Shown here in pieces: positions 51,193 to 63,535 of a DNA stretch of 64,000 nt; within the stretch, counting starts at the first letter, position 1; the number at the start of each line of letters is the position of its first letter. Under the pieces are notes generated by a model. That model worked only from the letters and a program-made list of their open reading frames with translations. It was not told the DNA's origin and made no database searches. The DNA comes from Utricularia gibba (Eukaryota; Plantae; Magnoliophyta): positions 6,448,001-6,512,000 of the forward strand of contig CM007989.1 in NCBI GenBank assembly GCA_002189035.1, in the 5' to 3' direction. Both the position numbers and the translations under genes were made by a program.

Positions 51193-53225
51193 TTATACAT
51201 AATCTAGCTCCCTGTGTCGCTCTCTTCTAGTCTTGATTGGTCTTGCAATGTCATCTATTATTTCTAGAACCTGGTGAAGGACAATGATCCTAACTTTGTT
51301 CAGAGATTGAATTCTTCTGTTCAAGTTATGAAGTGCTTTAGAAAAGTAGATGTTTACTTCAGGAATGGAATCAAGGACTCCTCGTGACATCCCAACATCA
51401 ATGCGCCAGATACTACAATCGTACGCACTGCAAAGAAGTATTCAGCTGAGGAAATTTCCAGGAGGAGGATGTGGGCATGTCAAAGTTTTTTACCAATTTA
51501 CTCCCATGGTTTGTGGGGTGTGTCCTACCACCATGGCCTTGGCGTTTAGTGTAGTGAGTGTCTCATGAAGAATCGATTGGACCTGAGAATCAAAAAAGCA
51601 AGACGAGCCACAAACAATTAGCAAATGTGCACGCGACTTTCATGCACAGACATATGAATGCATAGGTGATTCCAAAGGAACCTGACAATCTTGCAGGCCA
51701 AAAGTGTCTCTAGAGTAGAGACGACTCCACACCACGCTATCATAACCTCTGGTTGCAATGAAAGGTATTTCCGGGTCACTATCGTCCGTTTGGAGGCCTC
51801 TCATCCAACGAGAGACTTCATTGTTCATCCTCTCTATACCGTACTCGACTGCAGAAGCACCAAACCAATGATTCAGGCATATAATAAGTAAACTATTCGT
51901 GCAGCTTACAGATGACAAGTGTCATAATGACCATGGTGAGGAAGAAGGCCGCCATGACAGAAAACCCAATCATTGATTTTGAGAACAACTGCATGCCCAG
52001 CTAACTCAGATGCCAGTGGACCTCCTGGTCTCAGAAGAACCGATCTTGCAATAACTCCCTTTTGGCGCTGTCCTAATATTCACATAACTGAATTAGAGAG
52101 GAAAAGGGATCTCCCATAAGCAACAAAGAAAACGCTGCTTAGCATCCTAAACACCTTAATAATATGGTCTAGTGTACAAAATAGAAACATACCTTCACCA
52201 AATTCCATGGATCCCAATGATTTTGCTGCATCTTACGGTGACTTCTGGATGTTTCAGATGCAGCAGACCAACCAACAAATGCTTCTTCCCAATTATGCCC
52301 ACAGATTTCCAGGTGTTCAAGAAAATCAGCACATTCATCGAAACCTCCTGATTCGACATACCTGAAGTCACCTTCCACGTTCATTGTTTCATGATTACCA
52401 TTAACCTAAAAACATAAATCACATTCGTCGAGTTCCATTTTGAAAGAACAAAATATGAGATAGGAGTAGACAACAATGTATACACCTGAAAAACTGCTCC
52501 TCCAATGGCTTTCGCCTGGTGATTTAATGACTTCAACAAGGATAAAATTGCAATTTCATCTTCCCCCCGATCTAGGATATCTCCAAGCTGAACTAGTATC
52601 TGGCAAGAAAACGAACGCCCTATCAGGATTTTTCTATCTATCTTTACGGTGTTCTTTCGATACTTCAAAAGAGAAACAAACCGTTTTCCCCCCAACCCAC
52701 GAGTCTTTACCATCAGAACTCAGAACACCCGCCATTTGAAGTGCAAATCTAGCTTTCTGAAGATCTCCATGCAGATCCCCAACTAAAAATTGCCACCAAA
52801 ACAGCAAGCATTAGAGACAGAAAACATGATCCAACATTCATGAGCCAGAGGCGCTATGCTCGTGCTCGTAGAAGATGATGCGCAACTTGATGATCCAGAA
52901 AATAATAATTGAAACTACCAAATCAACTGAAGCACGTTCTCCACTTGCAAAATACTTCGTTCAGATAAACACTATCAAATACCAGAGCAAAAAAGGCAAA
53001 GTTAAGCATCCATACCGGCGATGATTCGACGACCAGGGGCAGAAACAAACGTCGGCGGGTTTCCAATCACCACAATCGGCTTCAAACTTTCTCCCGTAGT
53101 GCGGCTACCGCTTTTGCTGACGCTTACCGAAGACGACTGCGATGAAGCACAGCAACTGATTCCAAGATCCTAGACTGATACGGCGTCTGGAGAAGCAAAG
53201 AACAACCGAGGAATGAGGAAGCCAT
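51193..53225 (-). CDS. SLP1: Shewanella-like protein phosphatase 1 (plastid PPP-type), multi-exon
   Basis: Transit-peptide-like start, LKPIVVIGNPPTFVSAPGRRIIAVGDLHGD, GDILDRG, GNHE, MVVGHTPQ and RIDVGMSRG. The multi-intron structure separates it from intronless SLP2. Exon 1 needs a 1-nt correction near 53151. Confidence 0.88.
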
Positions 53226-54108
53226 TCACTCCACGGTCCGCCGATTTCAGGAAGAGCCTTTCTCCGTGTGCCGATGTGGGTGTCCCGCCATTGAACGACC
53301 TTTTTTAACCACCGATTTCATATCCTTCAAATTTTGTTCAAATTATTTTAATATTTTTAACATATTTACATTACCGCCGCAAAACTTCAATATAATTATT
53401 TGCCGCCCCTTCAAGGATTCGTTAATTGCGATTCTCGACTTATGTTTAATTAGATATTCTATCTTTCTTTTTTTGAAACTATCAGGTTTATAGGGATTAT
53501 CACTCTTATTTATTGAATAATTAATTTATTTAATAAATTTCCTAAATACATTTAATTTAGTTTCAGTTTGATTTTTTACTTTTCAAAAAATAATTAATAA
53601 TTACAAATAATAAGCTGGAGAGCCCTTCTTGCAATTAAAAAAAAAAGAAGTTGAAAACATTTATCTTATCAAAATTATTTTTTAAAAAATATTTTCGATA
53701 TATGGAATCGAATATAGTCTTTATATTTATTAAGAAATAGCTTATATTTCCCAATTAACAAAATAGCTTTTATTTATTAAGAAATAGCTTATATTAAGAA
53801 TATACTCAATTTGTGATAATTGACTTTTTGTTCAACTCAAATTATGGTTTTTTTATAATTCAATTGTTTTATATCCTTTTTATCGTATTATTTTATAATT
53901 TTTAATGATTTTTATTTTTTAAATTAATTTGATCTTTTTAAAATAGAAAATATATCTTTTATAATTTTTCAAGATAATTTCAATTCACTTTGAACTTACT
54001 AAAGAATACTCTGAGTGTTCCATGAATTTTCTTCCTAGCTTTCCTATGCACAAACCAATGAAACAATAGGTGGTTATCAACCTAGAAGCCTGAAAAGTTA
54101 CTTTCCGG

Positions 54109-56000
54109 TCACCGGAGCAACGAGTTAACGAAGTCGTCTTCTTCTCTGGGCTCGGCTTTCGGCACGCCCTGGTGGTGGTACCCCAGCCTGTGTACCATCT
54201 GCAGCGTGTGGGGAGCCTGCGCCGTCGCGCCACCGCCGGGCGCCAGACTCCCAAAGCTCGGAACTTGCGGGTAGTGCGGCGGTTGCCCACCCAACAAACG
54301 CCCCGCCTCGCCGCGCCCGACCGGCACGTCGTGGTCGTGCTTCCCTTCGTAGGTGGTGATCACGGCCCGCGGGTCGCTGGATGATCGCTCCACGTGCTTC
54401 CGAACCGGGCACCCCAGTGTCGTACATTTGTAGTAGCTCCTGAAAATCAATAGATACGCAGTGTTATTACAAAATAGGATGAATTAACACACGTGGGTTA
54501 TAATTGTATAACCATTCTAATCATGTTTATTAAAACTCTGACTTTATTATTTAGTATAAATATGTTAATAAAAAACAATAACATTTTTAATTATAATTAT
54601 ATAGCACCTGTGTTATTTAAATATAAATAATGTGAGTATATAATTAATTAAAAGAATATGCATACACATGGGAAAACAAATTGAGCTATTTATTTTTTTT
54701 CTATTCAAATGGATGATTACGTGTCAAATAGTTTATGAAATATTGAAATAAATAAATCATATTTGTTAGAATTATTTGTTATTTATTTGTGATGTTGTAT
54801 TTAAGAGGTAACCTTGGGTTGGGGTTGCCCTTCACCACCTTCTGTCCGTACTTCCTCCATTTGTAACCATCGTCAAGGATGTCGATATCACTTGTTGTCT
54901 GAACCACCACTCGCGGCTCTCGGACGGCGTTGCTCCCGGTGGACGAACCGCCTCCAGATTCGTGTTCGCTTTTCCTTGTAAGGAAAGAAAACAAGCAATT
55001 ATATTGTTAGGTTGGAATGTCATCTGCAACATGGATTTTAGGGGTAAATCCTCACCATCTCTTCGCGCCGGGCTCTTGGTTTCCATCGAAATCATCTCTA
55101 CTGTCCTCAAAATCATCGTCTCCGGGCGAAGATGCGGTCTCCGTAGTGACGACGGAGGAAGAGGAATCCATTTTGGCTGCGTATAAGTGATTAGAGCTGG
55201 AGGAAACGGATGATCTTCGAGTGGATTGTGGCTTGGGATGATTGTGGGTTCCCTTGTAGACAATTTCGGTTATGGGTCCGTCGATTGATCGCTCTACCTT
55301 CTTCTTTGTGGGGCAATTGGGGTACGTGCACTTGTAGTAGCTTCTGGGATTTTCACTTCCCTTGACTTGTTTCTGTCCGTACTTTCTCCAGTTATACCCG
55401 TCGTCCTCCATTTTCTTGCTTGATGGGTTGAAGTTTCGCTGTTCCTGATGTCAAAAATTGTGTTACAGAACAAGGGTACATGGAGGAGAATCAGACAGAG
55501 AGTGGCACCGATGAGTACCTGCCCGCAAGGTGTTCGAAACTTTGCTTCAGTGGGAAAACTGAAGCTGAAATTCTCGTTCTGGGTATCGTTCTGCTGCTTC
55601 ACCAACTCAGAGGCGTTGTTCCAAACAAGAGACATGGGAACGGGGAACTCCCCAGTCGCCGGAGATGTCGAAGCCTGCAGAACCCCTTGAAACATTACCA
55701 ACCACCACAAGAAAACAAAAAAGAGTAAAAAAAGATTCTTACATTAGAGGCAGCGAGGAGAACAGGCGAATCCAGGAGCTCCCCTGGGCTGAGCCCCGGA
55801 GGAATAGAAAACCACGAGGAAGGAGAAACGAGGCTCGGCGGAGGTATGGGCAGCGACGGCGGCGGCAAGGATCGGAACTTGGGGAATTCATTTCCAGAGA
55901 CACCACCATCCCTGAATCCCCCAGAGGCCATGGCCTTGCCCTGCCAGGAAGAAGAATCTACACAGAAATCGAAGTTCCCAAAAGAAGAAGAATCCGCCAT
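54109..56000 (-). CDS. WRKY33: Group I WRKY transcription factor (WRKY33/26/25-like); 5 exons
   Basis: Exons are 56000-55743, 55674-55519, 55444-55056, 54974-54813 and 54439-54109. It has an SP cluster ([24 protein letters not shown]), two WRKYGQK domains with C2H2 fingers, and the conserved R-type intron in the C-terminal domain. Confidence 0.93.
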
Positions 56001-56114
56001 GGAAACAGCACGTTGCGTAGAAAAGCGAAATCTGGTTCTTCTTCTTAAAGAAATGGAGACCTCGCACGCGTCAAAGCAAGTTCGGTGGGGGCACGGACTC
56101 ATAAGTTGCCTCTT

Positions 56115-56472
56115 TTGACTCGCTAAAAAATTAATTAATTTCCATTGTAATTAAAATTTTTTTACTGCAGATACCTAATTACTAAAACAAAATTTCATCA
56201 AATTATTATCCATCGCGTAGACAAAATTGTAGGATCTTTTTGAAAACTAACTGTACCAATATTCTCTCTCACACACTAATACTAAAATTTTACACATAGT
56301 ATAGTTATTTTTCACACATAGTAACAGTAGTCTGTTTATTTTTCAAAATCATCGGGAAATTCTATCGATTTTTTAATATTTTCGTAAATTTCGAATGCAA
56401 ATTATTATGACGCCAGCCATTCAAATAAATGTATAAAATTAATATTTTCAGTCAAAGCTCGTGTCTTTGACT
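56115..56472 (-). promoter_or_regulatory. W-box cluster upstream of the WRKY gene
   Basis: TTGACT at 56115-56120, AGTCAA at 56450-56455 and TTGACT at 56467-56472. The last two form an inverted pair. Confidence 0.65.
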
Positions 56473-57174
56473 GGGTAGCGGCGGCTGTGATGTGCGCGCG
56501 ATCCTTTGAGTCCTTTTCCTCGGGGTCTGTCTCCCCCACCCACAGACATTTTCAAACCGCTACCTCGTTACTACATCAAATAAAATACAATAAAACGGTT
56601 AAAATACAGTTCCGATGACGTGGCACTTGTCTTGTAACCAACGAAATATAATATAATGTTCAATAACCCCGATGTTATCCCGGATATTTAGAAATCTGGC
56701 CTGGCCACCTTATTACTATCGTAATTTTTTTTAACTCAATATGTGTGAGAGTATTTACTAAACGGCCCATGTTATTGTACTAATTAATGACATGGAGTGC
56801 CTATGTATGGTGGTAGTTAGGATATGGTGGGTAGACTTACTAAATAGGAAGAAAGTGATTTGAACTTGTTAACATCTTGGGTGGCAAAAGAAAATTTGTT
56901 AAGGACTTTCAGCCATCCGTTTATTTAATTATGATTCTAGATTTTAGGAAATGCAAAATAAAATGAATTGGAACTCGTAATTAGTGGAATCAAATCTTTT
57001 TAATGATTTATCAAACCCAAAATTTAGACCATGAACTTGTAGGGTACTGCTTGTTACTTGGGCGTTGTTTGATATGAAAGTATAAGATTAGTTTATGATG
57101 AATTTAATAAAATTAGATTGTTTTATATGTAGATATAATTATAACAATTACACGAATATAATTATCATTATACA

Positions 57175-57176
<2 letters not shown>

Positions 57177-57204
<28 letters not shown>
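57177..57204. repeat. (TA)n microsatellite
   Basis: Uninterrupted TA run seen directly. Similar runs occur at about 60507-60527, and a (TAA)n run at about 58928-58966. Confidence 0.9.
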
Positions 57205-57205
<1 letters not shown>

Positions 57206-57727
57206 TTTCATATATGTATATATGTATATTAAAGGAGGAATATGAGTATTTTTAAATCTATATATTTGAATTTTTCTAAATTCAAATAATATAAACCCAT
57301 CAACATCTAAATCAACCAACTAAAAAAAGCGTGGGTGTAATTATTATTAATTAGTTTGTTTTATTAACATAGGGATTTCTGTGTCTTCTGTGAAAGAGAC
57401 CACGACAGCGATGGTGGTCCGCCCTTCCTTTCACTTCACTCAACGTTGATGGGGGTTATTCTGTTTTTTTTTAAAAAAAATACTCATAAAATTGGATAAA
57501 ATTTTGTTTTTAAGTGAAATCCAAAATTTAGACATTGTGATGGAGGTTTCAGCCACTCCATCCATTAATTAATAATTACAAGTAACATGAGTTGTTTTAA
57601 CAATAAATTGGATTATCAAAGGATAAGAAAAATCTCATGACCATACTATATGTTTTCATCACCAAGCTCTCAACATTTATTCCTCTCTTATTTTGAAAAA
57701 AAAAAACTTTATACAAAATTAGAATGG

Positions 57728-58280
57728 TGTTACAGTCGTAAATCGGTGTCGCGACAAGAACCGATTTCGGGTTATGAATAGAATCGAATTGATTGGATCT
57801 GATTTAAGCGTTATAGATTTAGGATGTGTTATATGGGTGCAGGAAGCAAAAATATATGATGATTTTTACATGGAAACTATCGAGAGATGAAAAAACCATA
57901 GAACTGTCAAAGTTCGTCAGAAAAATGAGTTTTATTAATAGAGAAAAAAATGTACAAGTCAAACATGTAAATAGTTCAATTTTTTTTTTCTTCAATGGTC
58001 CTTATATTTATAGGAAGAGGTGATTCGATCACATACTGCAAGTATTGACTATTTTCTACATCTAGTAGTTGTACATGTAGTAATACTAACGAATAATCAC
58101 CAACTGTTCTGACATTCTTACAATTCAACTAATTTTCAGACTTTGTCAAAAACAGTCACCGTTGTCTAGTTTTAACCCTTGGGGGTTTCTTGGCCTATTA
58201 CAAACTGTAAAAAATGTTCAAATCTTCTTCCTGGCTAATTTCATCCCCACGTGATATATACCGGTTTAGTGTTTCCATCA
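57728..58280 (-). mobile_element. Solo LTR, 553 bp (family B, copy 2)
   Basis: Forward TGTTACA...CCATCA termini with a perfect 5-bp TSD, AATGG (57723-57727 and 58281-58285). Its reverse complement matches 28662-29205. Confidence 0.85.
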
Positions 58281-59148
58281 AATGGTATTTTGTAAATATG
58301 TTTTCTCTTTTTCATCAATAACAAATGTAGAATATTCATAATTTTTTAATATTGTCTTAAGATCACAATTGAATCTAATTGTCTCATTCGATTCAAATTA
58401 ATTAAAAAAACTAATTTTTCAATTTTATTAATTCAAGATTATGAAAAATTCAATATATATATATAATGCAAAGTTTTAAAACCATCTTTAATTATTGGCC
58501 TTGGGTTCATCATGCCGTTTCTATGCACTGATTGCCTTCTCTAAAAATGGGGGAGAGCCACGGGTCTCTTAATTAGAGATGTCATCATACAAACATCTAT
58601 GTTTGTTATTAATGCTGAACCACAAACTACAAAGAATAAATATTCAAGTCATGCTAAATCTACCGAACTTTTGGCAAATATGATATATCAAAAATATGAT
58701 TTTTCCAAATTATTAATGTTAAAAAAAGGTGCAGCTGAATTAACCGATCGACTCAACTCATCGTTTTTTAAGTGACATATTTTAAAACACATAGGCGCCC
58801 AACTACGGCGAGTTAGTTAAGAAAATAAAGCCTGCTAAATTAATTAAAATATTACATAAATAATTATTGGGATGAGGCCAATAGGAAATAGCCATATCCC
58901 ATTACCAACCACGTGTTGGCAAGCTTAAATAATAATAACAATAATAATAATAATAATAAAATAATACTTATTTCATGTGGATGGGAGGGGACGCTACTTT
59001 TCAACTGCACGAAATAATAATTAAGTGAATTGTAACTAACGTTATCTTCATTGAACACTTTTTTTTTTTTCAACTTTTTTTATTTTTTATTTTGACTATA
59101 TTGCAATATTATTATCATCATGAAAATCAATACAACCAGGGGAACTAA

Positions 59149-59523
59149 CTACTGCGTCTTGTTGTTGACAGCAGGACGAGACGCGGAAACCAGATTCCTC
59201 CAGAGGTACTTCCCGCTCGCCATGTCGAGGAATGCCCAAAATCCCTTTCTCACTGCGGATCCGACCTAGAAACGATTCGCAACATTAGGAAACGAACGAT
59301 TGCAGCATCAGCAGCGTCCGATTGGACGAGGAAAACTCATCAATTGACGGAGAATAAAATTGAATACCTTGGTAGACAGGGGAGCGGCGTCCGCGGCACG
59401 TGAATCGGTGTTTCCTTCCGTCGCGGCGGCGTCGCCTTGCGAGGCTGCGTTCACGCCTCTGAGAACGAAGAATCCCGCAACTGCGGCGGAAAGGAAGATG
59501 AGAACAATCCTGAGAGGGCACAT
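59149..59523 (-). CDS. Small (~90 aa) plant membrane protein of unknown function (At5g58375-like family); 2 exons
   Basis: Exon 59523-59368 (MCPLRIVLIFLSAAVAGFFVLRG...) splices GT-AG to 59265-59149 (VGSAVRKGFWAFLDMASGKYLWRNL...). MCPLR.ILIFLSA and DMASG.YLW are the family hallmarks, from memory. Confidence 0.85.
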
Positions 59524-60049
59524 CGTTTTTTCCCGCTTTTCTTCGAGGGCACGCGCGCGAGAGAGAAAGATAGAGCGAGATCACGCGAAGAGCAGGTATT
59601 TATTTCCCCCAGTTTCCAAAAATAAACATCATATAATATAATATCTGAATTTCCAAAAATAAATCTAATCTAACCTAATCTAGTCTAATCTAATACAGTA
59701 CAATGTAACGTCTGACTTTGTTGAAGATGCGCACCTTTATAGAGACCAGAGTTCGATTCATGCATACCTGGTATATCAAAAAAATTTTACAACATTCAGG
59801 ATTCGATGAAAAATGTCATGAATTTAATATTGTTGTAAAAAATGATTATTCATATACTCTGTTTTATACATTAGGTTAAAAAATTTACATTACGAGTGAT
59901 TAATTTTCTCACACTATCTGACACATGACCACATTTCTAATTTATCCCATGAAGCTATGAAAATGTCATTGTTGTCGATCGATGAACGACCTCTAATACG
60001 ACATCGTGTCGTTCGGATGGACTCCATAGGTCAGATGCATGTTAAATAG

Positions 60050-60220
60050 TTCTGGTTTGTGAAGCAAGTTATGGGGGGAAGCTACTAAAACAACTTGTTA
60101 CCTGCCCAACAAGAGTCCTAGGAAGTCTCTAGAATTTGGCATCCCAAGGGAAGAGGAGCACTGGTTTGACAACAAAGTAAGCCTTGCACATCTACGAGTA
60201 TTTGGCTGTAAGCGCCAAGT
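60050..60220 (+). mobile_element. Ty1/Copia integrase C-terminal remnant
   Basis: WGEATKTTCYL..KSPRKSLEFGIP...WFDNKVSLAHLRVFGCK resembles Copia FWAEAV.TACYL.NRSP...W.GK......LRVFGC. Confidence 0.6.
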
Positions 60221-61189
60221 AGGTCTTTATATGTGTTGTTGTTAGAAGGTCAGCTATTGCATCAATTGAGCAGTATGCCCCATGAGGAACTGAAAATCAA
60301 TACTTGAATCTCTAGAAACTTCTGAAGGAGCTTCTCAGGTGCAAGTTCCAGAGGATATACTCGACACTGCAGCTTATATGCCTGAAATTGAGATGTATCC
60401 ACAACTGAGAAGAGCTGTTAGAAGGGCAATGCCCAATACTTTACATGCCCCTGAAGAGATCATCATGATGAAGGGTTGAGTAATATCATTAGACGATCAA
60501 ATTTTAACTATATATATATATATATATAAAATAATAAAAAAGAGACTTTGAATATTATATTTAACTATATATATATATAATACTTTAATAGAAAACATAG
60601 TACAAAATTACTAAAGAATTTTTATTTATTGAAATTATTTGATTATATATTTATTTTATCTTTACAGTAACATTTGAATTATATTATATTAACCTCAAAT
60701 CCGCAATGCGGTTTAGATCTTCCCCTCGAATACATTGATTCGTCAACGTGAACTGCTCTTCTTGACTTGGTAGTTCTTAATTAAAATACATATCTAAATG
60801 CAAAAAAAACATGCTTTTATTAATAAAATATAAAATGTTTAAAAAATAGGATGGATGGTTTTATTTGTAAATTGTGACAGTGAATACCGACGGTCTATAT
60901 TGTTAAAAACTCCCCACTCATGCATTTGCATGCATTAGCTTTTTACGACGTCGTTTTTCTGTCACGATTGCACAAAACTAAGTACGAAGAGATTTGACTG
61001 TGAAGAGCACTCGCCCCCACACAAGACACTTTTACCGGACGGACTCAAAGGGCTAAAACTCAAAGTAGGCTGGTGTATATTGGGTCAGGTCCCCTACTTG
61101 CTTCGAAAATGCAACCCAAAGGAACCACACTGAAAAGGGGAATGAATGGCGACTGAGAAAACTGCAACGATCCCCGAGAATTGTGGCGA

Positions 61190-63248
61190 TCATGTGCCTG
61201 CTTTGCGACGACCAACGCGAGCAACGAACCCGGCCTTAATCGGGGCAACGGATCTCCCAGAACCACACTGCAAGATATGCAGCCACATTAGGCTACCAAT
61301 AATACACAAGAAAGTGCAAGGGATTAGAAAACTTGAGTTCTGCTACCCATGAGCCTTCTTTACTAGAGGCACTGGTGCATGCAAAAAAGAAAGGGAGAAC
61401 GGTAAGGAATGTAATTTTAAGAATGTAATGATGTAAATAGGTCAGTCCCGCTGACACTCTGCTGGGATAAAGAGATTGGCAGATCGACAGTGCGCAAAGC
61501 ACCAAGACTATTTTGCGTCACAACAAAGGCAACTTATTTGACCAACTAAAGGTATTGCGGGATACGGTGAACGCTACAGAAAAATACGTAAAGAGGATGA
61601 CATGAAAAGATGGTGAACAGAGTTAGCCTGAGCTGGTAATGACACCTAAATATTACAAAAAAAAAAGAGTACCTTTTCGCATCTGAGAAAGAAGAGACGA
61701 TTCTCCTTGGAGAGTATGGTGTCAGGGCTTTTGCACCCATTGCATATCACATAGTCATCTGCACATATACAGAAAAGTTAAAAAAAAAATAACAGCAGAT
61801 ATGCTGAAACTGTTAAAGAAAAAGAACAACAAATAGCATACTGATGTATCTCCTTAGAATTCCCTCAAAATTTTTTGGAGCAAATCTTCCTTTCACAACA
61901 AGCCGCTGTTGTCCATCCAAGGAGCCACTGGTACCCATTTCAGCTAGCAAGAAGGCCATTACATGCTCAGGTTGCCTGTGCATTCTGCAGATAGATATGT
62001 TTTTGTAACGACCAAGACTTCATGGTATGGAAATGAATGAGAAATAAGACATATAGAATAATGCGTACGTTCTGCACAGATCCATAAAATTAGCAAACAC
62101 AGTCTTCTTTGTGCCTTCACGAAGAACTTGGGGTGGCCTCATTACTGTCCGGCGCCGATCTCCAGCAAGCTCAGGATTATTTTCCCTAAGGAAGTTGACA
62201 ACTCGGCCAAGAAGCTGGATTGCAAACCAGATATTATCAGCATGCTATAGAGAAGCCTTGATAAATTAAGAACAAAGCGGGTAAAACATAAATCTAATTA
62301 ACCTCTTCATACTCATAATCACGGTCACTTCCCTCCCATGGATATTGCTGCAAAACGATTCCCTCTCCCTCCTCATACTCCAAGGATGTATCTAATGATT
62401 TAGTAAAAAGAACTATATTCACTAAAAAGTAACAGAAACGTTGAAAATCATAAATCCCAATGAATTCCAACCATCCAACTCTTCAACAATGGTTTCTTCA
62501 TCTTCAAGTGAAAAATCAGCATGACCCTGAAAAAACACACATCAATATTTCACAGGAGACTGTGCTTTGAGGATGAAAATTTTTAATAAAGCAGAGAAAA
62601 ACCACTCACGGGTTTTTTCTTCTTCTTCTTGAGACCCGAAAATGAAGTTTCTATGCTATCAGAAACTGCATCGAGAAAAGATAAAAAGTTACCTCCACGT
62701 GACAAAAATAATAATGAAAAACAACATCCCACAATTGCCTTCAACTTTTACCTGATAAGTTCTCAGTTTTCTCAACAACAGCGTCCAGTGCTCCATCTTC
62801 TCCCAGATCTTGAGCAACTGGTTTCTTCTTCTTCTTCTTCTTGGTTGGGTCAAAAGAAACTATCTGGAAGAAATATCACGACGCAAAATAAGCCTTTAAA
62901 AATTCGAAACTTCTGATAAGTTGAACCTCATTCTAAAGAAAGAAAATTGAAGTACATAGAAATTCTAATTTATAGGAGAGTACAATCTAGTATGTCTATC
63001 AGTTACCAAGCCTTGATTTCCAGATTTTCAATACAAAATACATGATAAATGTGGAAATGAACTCATTTTCATGCACGTCTTCTGCAAGTGTCCTACTATA
63101 GTGGTAAATCAATTGATCATCTTTAAAAAGTATTACAAATGAAATGAACATCTCAAAAAATTCGTCTGCATAACATTTCGAAGCGACTTACATCAGCAGT
63201 GTCATCTTTAATCTCCCCGATTTCCTTCTCGCGTACTTCATCCGCCAT
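61190..63248 (-). CDS. eIF2B: Eukaryotic translation initiation factor 2 subunit beta; multi-exon, with a 5'UTR intron at 63633-63262
   Basis: Lys boxes [11 protein letters not shown] and [62 protein letters not shown], and the C4 finger CNGCKSPDT...LRCEKCGS. This is eIF2-beta (eIF2S2), not the eIF2B GEF. Confidence 0.95.
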
Positions 63249-63508
63249 TATTTCTTCAAATCTGTGTCAAATAAACTAAATTCGGTAAATTTTGTTAGCA
63301 AGAGCAGGAGTTCCACGCACACAACATAAACGAATGTCGACATCCATGTGAAGGAGAAAAAACCCAAACTAACATTTATGACTCACGTCAGTGCATCGGA
63401 AACATGTATCCAGAGAAATAAATAACTATATCAAAACATGAAGCAAATAAAGTCCTGGACACCGATAACGCGCGCCACACTGAATACTTCCCATTCTACC
63501 ACAAACAA

Positions 63509-63535
63509 AAACCCTAGCGCAAATAACCCTAGGGC
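63509..63535. promoter_or_regulatory. Telo-box (AAACCCTA) plus AACCCTAGGG in the 5'UTR intron of eIF2-beta
   Basis: The motifs are seen directly. Telo-boxes are established as enriched near translation-machinery genes. Confidence 0.55.

Noticed and set aside
54125-54427. Overlapping Arg/Gly-rich 100-aa and 70-aa ORFs in the last WRKY exon
   Set aside because: They are a by-product of the high GC content of this exon and show no independent start or splice signals.
57385-57440. Short hairpin GACCAC...GTGGTC as a possible miRNA precursor
   Set aside because: The stem is too short and bulged for a plant pre-miRNA.
59720-59775. B-box-like GAGTTCGATTC, suggesting a tRNA or SINE
   Set aside because: There is no convincing A-box, cloverleaf, poly(A/T) tail or TSD.
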